A stretch of DNA of 64,000 nucleotides from Malacoraja senta (lineage: Eukaryota): the NCBI GenBank assembly GCA_038087875.1, contig JAXLNO010003982.1, forward strand, positions 124,001 through 188,000, read 5' to 3'. Numbering within the stretch: position 1 is the first letter of the stretch; every line of letters begins with the position of its first letter. The translations under genes were made by a program, and so were the position numbers. Below the pieces are notes generated by a model. That model saw only the letters and a program-made list of their open reading frames with translations. It was not told the DNA's origin and made no database searches. Below, piece after piece: positions 23,384-34,425 of this stretch.

Positions 23384-24389
23384 GCTCGGTGTTGGGGCCG
23401 CAATTGTTTACCATATATATTAATGATTTGGAAGAGGGAATTAGGAGCAACACTAGCAGGTTTGCGGATGACACATAGCTGGGTGGCAGTGTGAACTGTG
23501 AAGAGGATGTTAGGAGGTTGCAGGGTGACCTGGACAGGTTGAGTGAGTGGGCAGATGCGTGGCAGATGCAGTATAATATAGATAAATGTGAGGTTATCCA
23601 CTTTGGCAGCAAAAACAAGGGGGCAGATTATTATCTCAATGGGGTTGGGTTAGGTAAGGGGGAGGTGCAGCGAGACCTGGGCGTCCTTGTACACCGGTCA
23701 CTGAAAGTTGGCGTGCAGGTACAGCAGGCAGTGAAGAAAACTAATGGAATGTTGGCCTTCATAACAAGAGGATTTCAGTATAGGAGTAGAGAGGTTCTTC
23801 TGCAGTTGTATAGGGGTCTGGTGAGACCACATCTGGAGTATTGTGTACTGTTTTGGTCTCCTAATTTGAGGAAGGACATCCTTGTGATTGAGGCAGTACA
23901 GCGTAGGTTCAAGAGATTGATCCTTGGGATGGTGGGATTGTCATATGAGGAAAGATTGAAAAGACTAGGCTTGTATTCACTAGAGTTTAGAAGGATGAGG
24001 GGGAATCTTATAGAAACATATAAAATTATAAAAAGACTGGACAAGCAAGATGCAGGAAAAATATTCCCAATGTTGGGCGAGTCCAGAAACAGGGGCCACA
24101 GTCTTAGAATAAAGGGGAGGTCATTTAAGACTGAGGTGAGAAAAAAGTTTTCACCCAGAGAGTTGTGAATTTATGTAATTCCCTGCCACAGAGGGCAGTG
24201 GAGGCCAAGTCACTAGATGGATTTAAGAGAGAGTTAGATAGAGCTCTAGGGGCTAGTGGAGTCAAGGGATATGGGGAGAAGGCAGGCATGGGTTATTGAT
24301 AGGGGACATGATCACAATGAATGGCGGTGCTGGCTCGAAGGGCCGAATGGCCTCCTCCTGTACCTATTTTCTATGTTTCTATGTTTCTA
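23384..24389 (+). mobile_element. CR1 LINE 3' part (continuation of 17498-18309)
   Basis: Resumes at GCTCGGTGTTGGGGCCG (GSVLGP). ORF 23491-24168. Ends in (CTATGTTT)n tail. Confidence 0.9.
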
Positions 24390-25318
24390 ACATTAGCAAA
24401 TTTGCAGATGACACAAAGATGGGTGGCAGTGTGAACTGTGATAGGATGCTATGAGAATGCAGGGTGACTTGGACAGGTTGGGGGAGTGGGCAGATGCATG
24501 GCAGATGAAGTTTAATGTGGATAAATGTGAGGTTACCCACTTTGGTAGCAAAAACAGGAACGCAGATTACTATCTAAATGGCGTCAAGTTGGGAAAAGGA
24601 AGTACAACGGGATCTGGGGGTCCTTGTACATCAGTCTATGAAAGTATGTATGCAGGTACAGCAGGCAGTGAAGAAAGCGAATGGCATGTTGGCCTTTATA
24701 ACAAGAGGAATCGAATATAGGAGCAAAGAGGTCCTTCTGCAGTTGTACACAGCCCTAGTGAGACCACACCTGGAGTATTGTGTGCAGTTTTGGTTCCCTA
24801 ATTTGAGGAAGGACATTCTTGCTATTGAGGGAGTGCAGCGTTGGTTTACAAGGTTAATTCCCGGGATGGCGGGACTGTCATATGCTGAGAGAATGGAGCA
24901 GCTGGGCTTGTACACTCTGGAGTTTAGAAGGATGAGAGGGGATCTCATTGAAACATATAAGATTGTTAAGGGCTTGGACATGCTAGAGGCAGGAAACATG
25001 TTCCCGATGTTGGGGGAGTCCAGAAGCCACAGTTTAAGAATAAGGAGTTAGCCATTTGAACGGAGACGAGGAAACACTATTTCTCACAGAGTGGTGAGCC
25101 TGTGGAATTCTCTGACTCAGAGGGCGGTGGAGGCAGTTTCTCTGGATGCTTTCAAGAGAGAGCTAGATAGGGCTCTTAAAAATAGCGGCGTCAAGGGATA
25201 TGGGGAGAAGGCAGGAACGGGGTACTGATTGGGGATGATCAGCCATGATCACATTGAATGGCGGTGCTGGCTCGAAGGACCAAATGGCCTATTGTCTCTT
25301 GTCTATTGTCTATTGTCT
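24390..25318 (+). mobile_element. CR1 LINE 3' fragment
   Basis: FADDTK through [11 protein letters not shown] to the 3' UTR and (TATTGTC)n tail. Confidence 0.88.
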
Positions 25319-25419
25319 AAAGGCAGCTTTAGCGTTTTGAAACCAAAGGCAGCTTTAGCGGTTTGAAACCAAAGGCAGCTTTAGCGGTTTGAAACCAAAG
25401 GCAGCTTTAGTGGGGTTTT

Positions 25420-26019
25420 TTATTTTTGAATTTCTTTTATTAGAAGCGATTGTACAAGGATAAGGCAATCGACATAACACTTATACAATTATTGTACAGC
25501 TTCATTTTTAACGTTAGAACCTAAATCGAAAAAAAAGAGAGAAAAAAGAAAAGAATGACGAAAGAGAAGTAAAATAAGAACAAGCTAGAAAATAGACCCT
25601 AAGGTTCCAAAGAAGTGCAAGAGAAAAGAAAAGAAATAAGAAAAAAAAAGATGGAAATATACCTTCCCCCCTCACCTATCCCTGGCATCAGGTTTAAATT
25701 TGTGTTTAACCATTCTGTTGTTGCAGAAATTCAGTAAAAGGGAACCATGTCTTAAGAAATTGATCTGCTTTTCCCGCCAAGACAAGCCCAATATTTTCCA
25801 AATGTAGTGTATCGGACTCATCAGTAATCCACATCTTCACTGTAGGGACTGTTATCTGTTTCCAGAATTTGAGTATTAATTTTTTCCCCGTTATGAGGCC
25901 ATAGTTGAGGAAACGTCTTTGGAATATCGTTAATTTAGAGCAGGCATCTGACATACCTAAAGTGATCCGTTTTATATCTGGTTCCAATTTAATGTTAAGT
26001 ATTTTGGAGAAGATAGCCA
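25420..26019 (-). mobile_element. L1-clade LINE 3' fragment
   Basis: ORF 25706-26020 (GKKLILKFWK...KMWI) homologous to the L1 at 20152-22160. Confidence 0.8.
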
Positions 26020-26525
26020 TTGGAGAGGTCGCAGAGGGAGGAGCTACACCCGAGCGGTAGGACTTAAAAAGGAGCGCGGGGCTTGTTGCTTACAGAGGCC
26101 CGAGAGCTGTTGGAGAGGTCGCAGAGGGAGGAGCTACACCCGAGCGGTAGGACTTAAAAAGGAGCGCGGGGCTTGTTGCTTACAGAGGCCCGAGAGCCGT
26201 TGGAGAGGTCGCAGAGGGAGGAGCTACACCCGAGCGGTAGGACTTAAAAAGGAGCGCGGGGCTTGTTCCTTACAGAGGCCCAAAGAGCCGTTGGAGAGAT
26301 CGCAGAGGGAGGAGCTACACACGACCGGTAGGAGATAAAAAGGAGCGCGGGGCTTGTTCCTTACAGAGGCCCAAAGAGCCGTTGGAGAGGTCGCAGAGGG
26401 AGGAGCTACACCCGAGCGGTAGGACTTAAAAAGGAGCGCGGGGCTTGTTCCTTACAGAGGCCCAAAGAGCCGTTGGAGAGATCGCAGAGGGAGGAGCTAC
26501 ACCCGAGCGGTAGGACTTAAAAAGG
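26020..26525 (+). repeat. 90-91-bp 5' monomer array of CR1 copy 1 (about 5.6 units)
   Basis: TGGAGAG anchors at 26021, 26111, 26201, 26292, 26383 and 26474. Confidence 0.92.
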
Positions 26526-26666
26526 AACCGAAATCTGTAACGTTCCAAGTTCCACTTCAAAAACAAGTGGGTTTGAGGAAGCCGCTGATTGGTGGACGCA
26601 GACAAGAGGGAGCAGCTGATTGGGAGTCAGATCCCTGCTGATTGTACTGTATTGTAGCAGTTTGTT

Positions 26667-27117
26667 TTGTATTGTATCCAGGGTAAGGGGAGTATGAGGC
26701 CCAGGGCAGTTTACTGTTCTGGATGTCAGATGTATTGTATCCAGGGTAAGGGGAGTATGAGGGCCAGGGCAGTTTGTTGTTCTGGATGTCAGATGTATTG
26801 TATCCAGGGTAAGGGGAGTATGAGGGCCAGGGCAGTTTACTGTTCCGGATGTCAGATGTAATGTATCCAGGGTAAGGGGAGTATGAGGCCCAGGGCAGTT
26901 TACTGTTCTGGATGTCAGATGTATTGTATCCAGGGTAAGGGGAATATGAGGGCCAGGGCAGTTTGTTGTTCTGGATGTCAGATGTATTGTATCCAGGGTA
27001 AGGGGATTATGAGGGCCAGGGCAGTTTACTGTTCCGGATGTCAGATGTAATGTATCCAGGGTAAGGGGAGTATGAGGGCCAGGGCAGTTTACTGTTCTGG
27101 ATGTCAGATGTGGGAAG
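26667..27117 (+). repeat. 7 x 63-bp tandem of the ORF1 start region
   Basis: TATCCAGGGTAAG anchors every 63 bp from 26675 to 27053. Confidence 0.92.
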
Positions 27118-28007
27118 TCATGGAGTCTGATAGCCCTCCAGACGTCCACATCTGCGCCAGGTGTATCGAGATGGGGCTCCTAATGGACCGTATTAGGAAC
27201 CTGGAGCAGCAGCTCGATGACCTCCGTCTGGTCAGGGAGAGCGAGGAAGTCATCGAGAGGAGTTACAGGGATGTGGTCACTCCAACACCACAGGAGGCAG
27301 GCAAGTGGATCACGGTTGGGAGAGGCAAGGGGCACAGGCAGGGACTAGAGAGTACCCCGGTGGCTGTACACCTTGACAATAAGTACTCCTGTTTGAGCAC
27401 TGTTGGGGTGGACAGCCTACCTGGGGGTAGCGACAGCGGCCGGGCCTCCGGTATAGAGACCGGTCCTGTTGCTCAGAAGGGTAAGGAAAAGAAGAGGAGG
27501 GCAATATTAATAGGGGACTCTATAGTTAGGGGGTCAGACAGGCGATTCTGTGGACGCAGTCGGGAGACCCGGATGGTAGTTTGCCTCCCTGGTGCCAGAG
27601 TCTGTGATGTGTCCCAACGTGTCCAAGACATCCTGAAAGGGCAGGGAGAGGAGCCCGAGGTCGTGATACATATAGGTACCAATGACATAGGTAAAAAAAG
27701 AGAAGAGGTCCTGAAAGGAGAATTTAGGGAGTTAGGAGGGGAGTTAAAGAGAAGGACAGCAAAGGTAACAATCTCGGGATTACTGCCTGTACCACGCGAC
27801 AGTGAGAGTAGGAATGGAGCGAGGTGGAGGATAAATGCGTGGCTGAAGGACTGGTGCAGAAGGCAGGGATTCAAATTTCTGGATCATTGGGACTTCTTTT
27901 GTGGAAGGTTCGACCTGTACAAAAAGGATGGGTTGCACTTGAACCTGAGGGGGACCGATATCCTGGCGGGGAGATCTGCAAAGGCTACTGGGGAGACTTT
28001 AAACTAG
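27072..28007 (+). CDS. CR1 ORF1p (zinc finger, coiled coil, SGNH esterase)
   Basis: CxxC...CxxC at the N-terminus; GDSIVRG, PGA, HIGTND and DGLHLN esterase blocks. Confidence 0.92.
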   Translation: MRARAVYCSGCQMWEVMESDSPPDVHICARCIEMGLLMDRIRNLEQQLDDLRLVRESEEVIERSYRDVVTPTPQEAGKWITVGRGKGHRQGLESTPVAVHLDNKYSCLSTVGVDSLPGGSDSGRASGIETGPVAQKGKEKKRRAILIGDSIVRGSDRRFCGRSRETRMVVCLPGARVCDVSQRVQDILKGQGEEPEVVIHIGTNDIGKKREEVLKGEFRELGGELKRRTAKVTISGLLPVPRDSESRNGARWRINAWLKDWCRRQGFKFLDHWDFFCGRFDLYKKDGLHLNLRGTDILAGRSAKATGETLN

Positions 28008-31000
28008 AATGGTTGGGGGGAGGGACTCAAATAGAGAATGCTATTAGACAGTGTGTGAGGCAGGAGGCAGAGAAGGAAAGCACTCAGACCCAACATGTAG
28101 GGGGGAAAGAAGAAAACAATAATAAACAGAGAATAAGAGGTGGTGGGGTTCTTAAATGGGTGAGCAGAGAAACAGAGGGGTGTAAAATGCGGGCGGAAGC
28201 AATAGGTAGCAAGGTGAAAGGTAAAAGTGGCAGGCAGACAAATCCAGGGCAAAAATCAAAAAGAGCCACTTTTCAACATAATTGTATAAGGGGTAAGAGC
28301 GTTGTAAAAACAAGCCTGAAGGCTTTGTGTCTCAATGCAAGGAGCATTCGTAATAAGGTGGATGAGTTGAACGTGCAGATAGCAATTAATGATTATGATA
28401 TAGTTGGGATCACGGAGACATGGCTCCAAGGTGACCAAGGCTGGGAGCTGAACATCCAGGGATATTCAATATTCAGGAGGGATAGAGAGAAAGGAAAAGG
28501 AGGTGGGGTGGCGTTGCTGGTTAGAGAGGAGATTAACGCAGTGGAAAGGAAGGACATTAGCTTGGAGGATGTGGAATCGGTATGGGTAGAGCTGCGAAAC
28601 ACTAAGGGGCAGAAAACGCTGGTGGGCGTTGTGTACAGGCCACCTAGCAGTAGTAGTGAAGTTGGGGATGGCATCAAACAGGAAATTAGAAATGCGTGCA
28701 ACAAAGGCAAAACAGTTATAATGGGTGACTTCAATCTACATATAGATTGGGTGAATCAAATTGGCAGGGGTGCTGAGGAAGAGGATTTCTTGGAATGTAT
28801 GAGGGATAGTTATCTAAACCAACATGTAGAGGAACCAACGAGAGAGCAGGCTATTCTAGACTGGGTATTGAGTAATGAGGAAGGGTTAGTTAGCAGACTT
28901 GTTGTGCGTGCCCCCTTGGGCAAGAGTGATCATAATATGGTTGAGTTCTTCATTAGGATGGAGAGTGACATTGTTAATTCAGAAACAACGGTTCTGAACT
29001 TAAAGAAAGGTAACTTTGAGGGTATGAGACGTGAATTGGCCAAGATTGACTGGCAATTAGTTCTAAAAGGGTTGACGGTGGATATGCAATGGAAGGCATT
29101 TAAAGACTGCATGGATGAACTACAAAAATTGTTCATCCCAGTTTGGCAAAAGAATAAATCAAGGAAGGTAGTGCATCCGTGGATAACAAGGGAAATCAGG
29201 GATAGTATCAAAGCAAAAGATGATGCGTACAAATTAGCCAGAAAAAGCAGCATACCAGAGGACTGGGAGAAATTCAGAGACCAGCAGAGGAGGACAAAGG
29301 GCTTAATTAGGAAAGGGAAAATAGATTATGAAAGGAAACTGGCAGGGAACATAAAAACTGACTGCAAAAGTTTTTATAGATATGTGAAGAGAAAGAGATT
29401 AGTTAAATCAAATGTAGGTCCCTTGCAGTCAGAAACAGGTGAATTGATCATGGGGAACAAGGATATGGCAGACCAATTGAATAACTACTTTGGTTCCGTC
29501 TTCACTAAGGAAGACAAATAATCTGCCGGAAATAGCAGGGGGCCGCGGGTCAAAGGAGATGGAGGAACTGAGTGAAATCCAGGTTAGTCGGGAAGTGGTG
29601 TTGGGTAAATTGAATGGATTAAAGGCCGATAAATCACCAGGGCCAGATAGGCTGCATCCCAGAGTACTTAAGGAAGTAGCTCCAGAAATAGTGGATGCAT
29701 TAGTGATAATTTTTCAAAACTCTTTAGATTCTGGAGTAGTTCCTGAGGATTGGAGGGTAGCAAACGTAACCCCACTTTTTAAGAAGGGAGGGAGAGAGAA
29801 AACGGGGAATTACAGACCAGTTAGTCTAACATCGGTAGTGGGGAAACTGCTAGAGTCAGTTATTAAAGATGGGATAGCAGCACATTTGGAAAGTGGTGAA
29901 ATCATTGGACAAAGTCAGCATGGATTTACGAAAGGTAAATCGTGTCTGACGAATCTTATAGAATTTTTCGAGGATGTAACTAGTAGAGTGGATAGGGGAG
30001 AACCAGTGGATGTGTTGTATCTGGACTTTCAGAAGGCTTTCGACAAGGTACCACATAAGAGATTAGGATACAAACTTAAATCACACGGTATTGGGGGTTC
30101 AGTATTGATGTGGATAGAGAACTGGCTGGCAAACAGGAAGCAAAGAGTAGGAGTAAACGGGTCCTTTTCACAATGGCAGGCAGTGACTAGTGGGGTACCA
30201 CAAGGCTCAGTGCTGGGACCCCAGCTATTTACAATTTATATTAATGATCTGGACGAGGGAATTGAAAGCAACATCTCCAAGTTTGCGGATGACACTAAGC
30301 TGGGGGGCAGTGTTAGCTGTGAGGAGGATGCTAGGAGACTGCAAGGTGACTTGGATAGGCTGGGTGAGTGGGCAAATGTTTGGCAGATGCAGTATAATGT
30401 GGATAAATGTGAGGTTATCCACTTTGGTAGCAAAAACGGGAAGGCAGACTATTATCTAAATGGTGGCCGATTAGGAAATGGGGAGATGCAGCGAGACCTG
30501 GGTGTCATGGTACACCAGTCATTGAAAGTAGGCATGCAGGTGCAGCAGGCAGTGAAGAAAGCGAATGGTATGTTGGCCTTCATAGCAAGAGGATTTGAGT
30601 ATAGGAGCAGTGAGGTTCTACTGCAGTTGTACAGGGTCTTGGTGAGACCACACCTGGAGTATTGCGTACAGTTTTGGTCTCCAAATCTGAGGAAGGACAT
30701 TATAGCCATAGAGGGAGTGCAGAGAAGGTTCACCAGACTGATTCCTGGGATGTCAGGACTTTCATATGAAGAAAGACTGGATAGACTTGGCTTATACTCG
30801 CTAGAATTTAGGAGATTGAGAGGGGATCTTATAGAAACGTACAAGATTCTTATGGGGTTGGACAGGCTAGATGCAGGAAGATTGTTCCCGATGTTGGGGA
30901 AGTCCAGGACAAGGGGTCACAGCTTAAGGATAAGGGGAAAATCCTTTAAGACCGAGATGAGGAAAAACTTTTTCACACAGAGAGTGGTGAATCTCTGGAA

Positions 31001-31229
31001 CTCTCTGCCACAGAGGGTAGTTGAGGCCAGTTCATTGGCTATATTTAAGAGGGAATTAGATGTGGCCCTTGTGGCTAAAGGGATCAGGGGGTATGGAGAA
31101 AAGGCAGGTACGGGATACTGAGTTGGATGATCAGCCATGATCGTATTGAATGGCGGTGCAGGCTCGAAGGGCCGAATGGCCTACTCCTGCACCTAATTTC
31201 TATGTATCTATGTATCTATGGGTTAGCAA

Positions 31230-31500
31230 TGCTGATCAAAAGCATCGAGAGCCTGCATTAGCGTCACTTCTTGTACGTTGCCATCCGGTGTCCGTGTCCC
31301 TCGCGGTTTTATCGTTTGGTAGAGCTCTCTCCCTTGTGGTCCAACTAGGTACATGAGCATTTTCCTCTTTATCTTGTCATCCTTCCCTGTCATGCTCAAA
31401 TCAACATAGAGCTCAAACTCGTCCCTCCATTGGCTCCACCCCATTGGTATATCCGTCCATGATATATCCGCATTCAGACTTCTTCAGAGATTCTTCCATC
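31230..31500 (-). mobile_element. Gypsy gag N-terminal relic
   Basis: WSQWRDEFELYVDLS...KRKMLMYLVGPQGRELYQT (ORF 31223-31444). Confidence 0.6.
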
Positions 31501-33829
31501 TTCTAGAAGTAAGCATCATTTGGTTATTGGTCTTATTAAAACATTGTTTTTAGTTTGAAGTCGTACCGTGTGCACCAAACCCATAACATCAGGCATAATA
31601 CCGTATATTGTCCAAAACACAAAGCCCAAAGTTTGACAGCATGAAACTTTTTCCTCCATGTCCAATCAACTCATGGATATGTTGTAACAATGATGTTGAA
31701 GTGTGAAAATCATTCGAGAGAATAATAGGATTTTTAGCAATAACGTTCACTGTGATGTTTTGTTTAATTTCTGGATCATTAGCAGAGGTTTCAAATCCCA
31801 GCTCATGTTTTGGCCATTCCCTGTCTGGCTTACAGAGCAACTCTTGTCCATTGATCTATCTCTTATTGCTTAAGAAGCGGTCTGCTGTCAGTCCTCTGGA
31901 AGCTTCATCCGCAGGATTTTCTTTTGTGTTAAAATATTTCCATTAATGATACATCAGTTGCTCCCAATGCTCTTTCCATTGCCAAATTGTCTTTGTCCAA
32001 ATCTAACTCTCTGGTCTCTTTGGCTCTATCATCTGGTAGAATGCTTCCAATACAACGCGACTGATGCTGATCCACTTGGAAAGCATGAATCCTCCCTTAT
32101 TGCAGAGGGAAGTCAGATGTTTTACCATTTGAATTGCTTCCTGCTCAGTAGACATGGATTTTAAATAATCACCCACATAGAAATGATTCTTCAAAGTGGT
32201 TATCATTCCACTGTAAAATGAACTTTGTGGTCCTCTGCGGTCTTCTTTGATGCAAAGTTCACACAACTTGGTGATGACACTGCTCCAAAGAGATGTACCT
32301 TCATCTGGTATTCAACAAGATCTTGCTGTACATCCCCTTCAGGCCACCATACGAATCGCAGGTAGTCAATGTGTTTTTCTGATACTTTGACGATGAAACA
32401 TCGCTCTGATATCAGCCATCAAAGCAATTGGTTCTTATCTGAATTTAATGAGAACTCCAATGAGTGAGTTGGTAAGGTCTGGACCTTACAATAGTTGACA
32501 GTTAAGTGATGTTCCTTTGAAGACTGCAGCCCAGTCAAAGACCATCCTCAAAGTCCCTTTCTTCGAGTGATACACCCCATGGTGCGGAATATATCATAGC
32601 TCTCCATCACTTCGATTCAGTTGGTTTGTTGGTACCAGTTCGGCATAATCTTTGTCAATCATATCCTTTTGGAAAGATGTATATTCCTCATGAAATTTCG
32701 TATTCTGGCCAAACTTACGTTTCAAATTTAGGATGCGTTGCTCTGCCATATGACGATTATTTGGCAGACTAACACTTTCTTGTTTGAAAGGAAAGTCCAA
32801 ACAATAGTGTCCGTCCATTATCTTTACTGAGTAGTTCATAATATCCAAGAACTTTAACTCTTCCCTGGACATTTCTTCAGATTCCTTACTAGTTCTTTCA
32901 TTGAAGTCATGATTGTATTGCTTGATCAATAGCTTTTCTAATTTACCAGTAGATATTTGATTAACAGCAGCGGCAGGATAGTTCTTCTGGTTTCCGCTTT
33001 CATTGTTCCTTCTCAAGGAGCCATAGATAACCCATCCTAGTAGGGTTTTCACAGCAAACGGTCCATCACCTTGGCTCCTCACAATCTGTATCGGTTCCAA
33101 TGCCTTCAATGCATTCGTTCCGATAAGTAGGTCAATATCAGAATCTATTTTAGATATTTTGACATCCTTCAAGTAAGGCCATTGTCTCAAGTCCTCATGT
33201 CTGGGTATATTTTGATGACCAATAGGCATGGTTTCATGTGTAAACACTTCAGATATTGGTATAAAATTATCTTCATCCAGACTAGATATTTCCCTACTTG
33301 TAATGTAATGATTAACGGACTCCTTCTCTTCATTCATGGTATGCAATCGAATCTTAATCTCCTCTCCTGTGATGTCCAGCCTTCTCATCATGCCTTCTAT
33401 GCAGAAGGTAGCCGAACTTCCGTGATCTACAAATGGATATGTTTGCAACACTGTATTCGTCTTGCTATTCCTTACCTGTACTGGTAAGACAGAGAAGATA
33501 CAGGCTTCTAACCCGGCCCCAATATGAGCAGTTACTTGAGGTGAGGTGACAGCATCACTAGTAGCTGGCTTCTCCTTCTGTTCTATTTGCTCCGGTTACC
33601 ATTATTCGGCCTGCTTTATCTCACCACTTTTCTCTCAGTCGTCTGGGCAGTTTTAGAATGATGGCTCTAGTATTACTAACAAGATTCATCTCCCCCATGT
33701 GGTTGAGATTTTTCATCGAGCTACATCAACCTCTAAGAAATTTTGCAAAATCAATGCCTCCACATCTTCTGGCTTGATATATTTCCAAGCGTAGGCCTTC
33801 TCCATGTATACGTTAGGAATCCTCTGTTC
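31500..33829 (-). mobile_element. BEL/Pao LTR retrotransposon relic (gag end, protease, RT)
   Basis: YMEKAYAWKYIKPEDVEAL (gag); protease-region VDHGSSATFC, DLLIG, AVKTLLGWVIYG and LPNNRHMAEQR; RT-region FYVGDYLKS. Many stops. Confidence 0.82.
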
Positions 33830-34425
33830 AAAGTAACATTAGCAAATTTGCAGATGACACAAAGCTGGATGGCAGTGTGAACTGTAAGGAGGATGCTATG
33901 AGAATGCAGGATGATTTGGACAGGTTGGGGGAGTGGACAGATGCATGGCAGATGAAGTTTAATGTGGATAAATGTGAGGTTATCCACCTTGGTATCAAAA
34001 ACAGGAAGGCAGATAACTATATAAATGGCGTCAAGTTGGGAAAAGGGGAAGTACAATGGGATCTAGGGGTCCTTGTTTATCAGTCTATGAAAGTAAGCAT
34101 GCAGGTACAGCAGGCAGTGAAGAAAGCGAATGGCATGTTGTCCTTTATAACAAGAAGAGTCAAATATAGGAGCAAAGAGGTCCATCTGCAGTTGTACAGA
34201 GCCCTAGTGATACCACACCTGGAGTATTGTGTGCAGTTTTGGTCCCCTAATGTGAGGAAGGGCTTTCTTGCTATTGAGGGAATGCAACGTAGGTTTACAA
34301 GGATGGCGGGACTGTCATATGCTGAGAGAATGGAGCGGCTGGGCTTGTATACTCTGGAGTTTAGAAGAATGAGAGGGGATCTTATTGAAACATATAAGAT
34401 TGTTAACGGTTTGGACATGCTAGAG
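33830..34425 (+). mobile_element. CR1 fragment, 3' end lost at the hAT boundary
   Basis: ORF 33877-34464 is CR1 RT C-terminus up to DMLE, then runs into the TIR. Confidence 0.85.

Larger units (their letters stand above)
26020..31220 (+). mobile_element. Full-length CR1 LINE, copy 1 (ORF2 frameshifted)
   Basis: 5' monomer array, ORF1 27072-28007, ORF2 split near 29515 by a 2-bp deletion (GACAAATAAT versus GACATAAATAAT in copy 2), (CTATGTAT)n tail. Confidence 0.95.

Noticed and set aside
24390-24420. CR1 fragments at 24390 and 33830 begin at almost the same 5' point
   Set aside because: The copies are clearly diverged and breakpoints differ by several bases; compatible with coincidence.
26020-26525. 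Regularly spaced repeats resembling a CRISPR array (also 59170-59696 and 26667-27117)
   Set aside because: Units are contiguous with no unique spacers, the context is eukaryotic, there are no cas genes, and they are the 5' part of CR1 elements.
26517-27149. 210-aa repetitive minus-strand ORF
   Set aside because: Antisense translation of the 63-bp tandem.
27824-28300. N-terminal extension of CR1 ORF2 overlapping ORF1
   Set aside because: Begins at a GTG called by the ORF finder; the true ORF2 start cannot be set from sequence alone, so no overlapping-gene claim is made.
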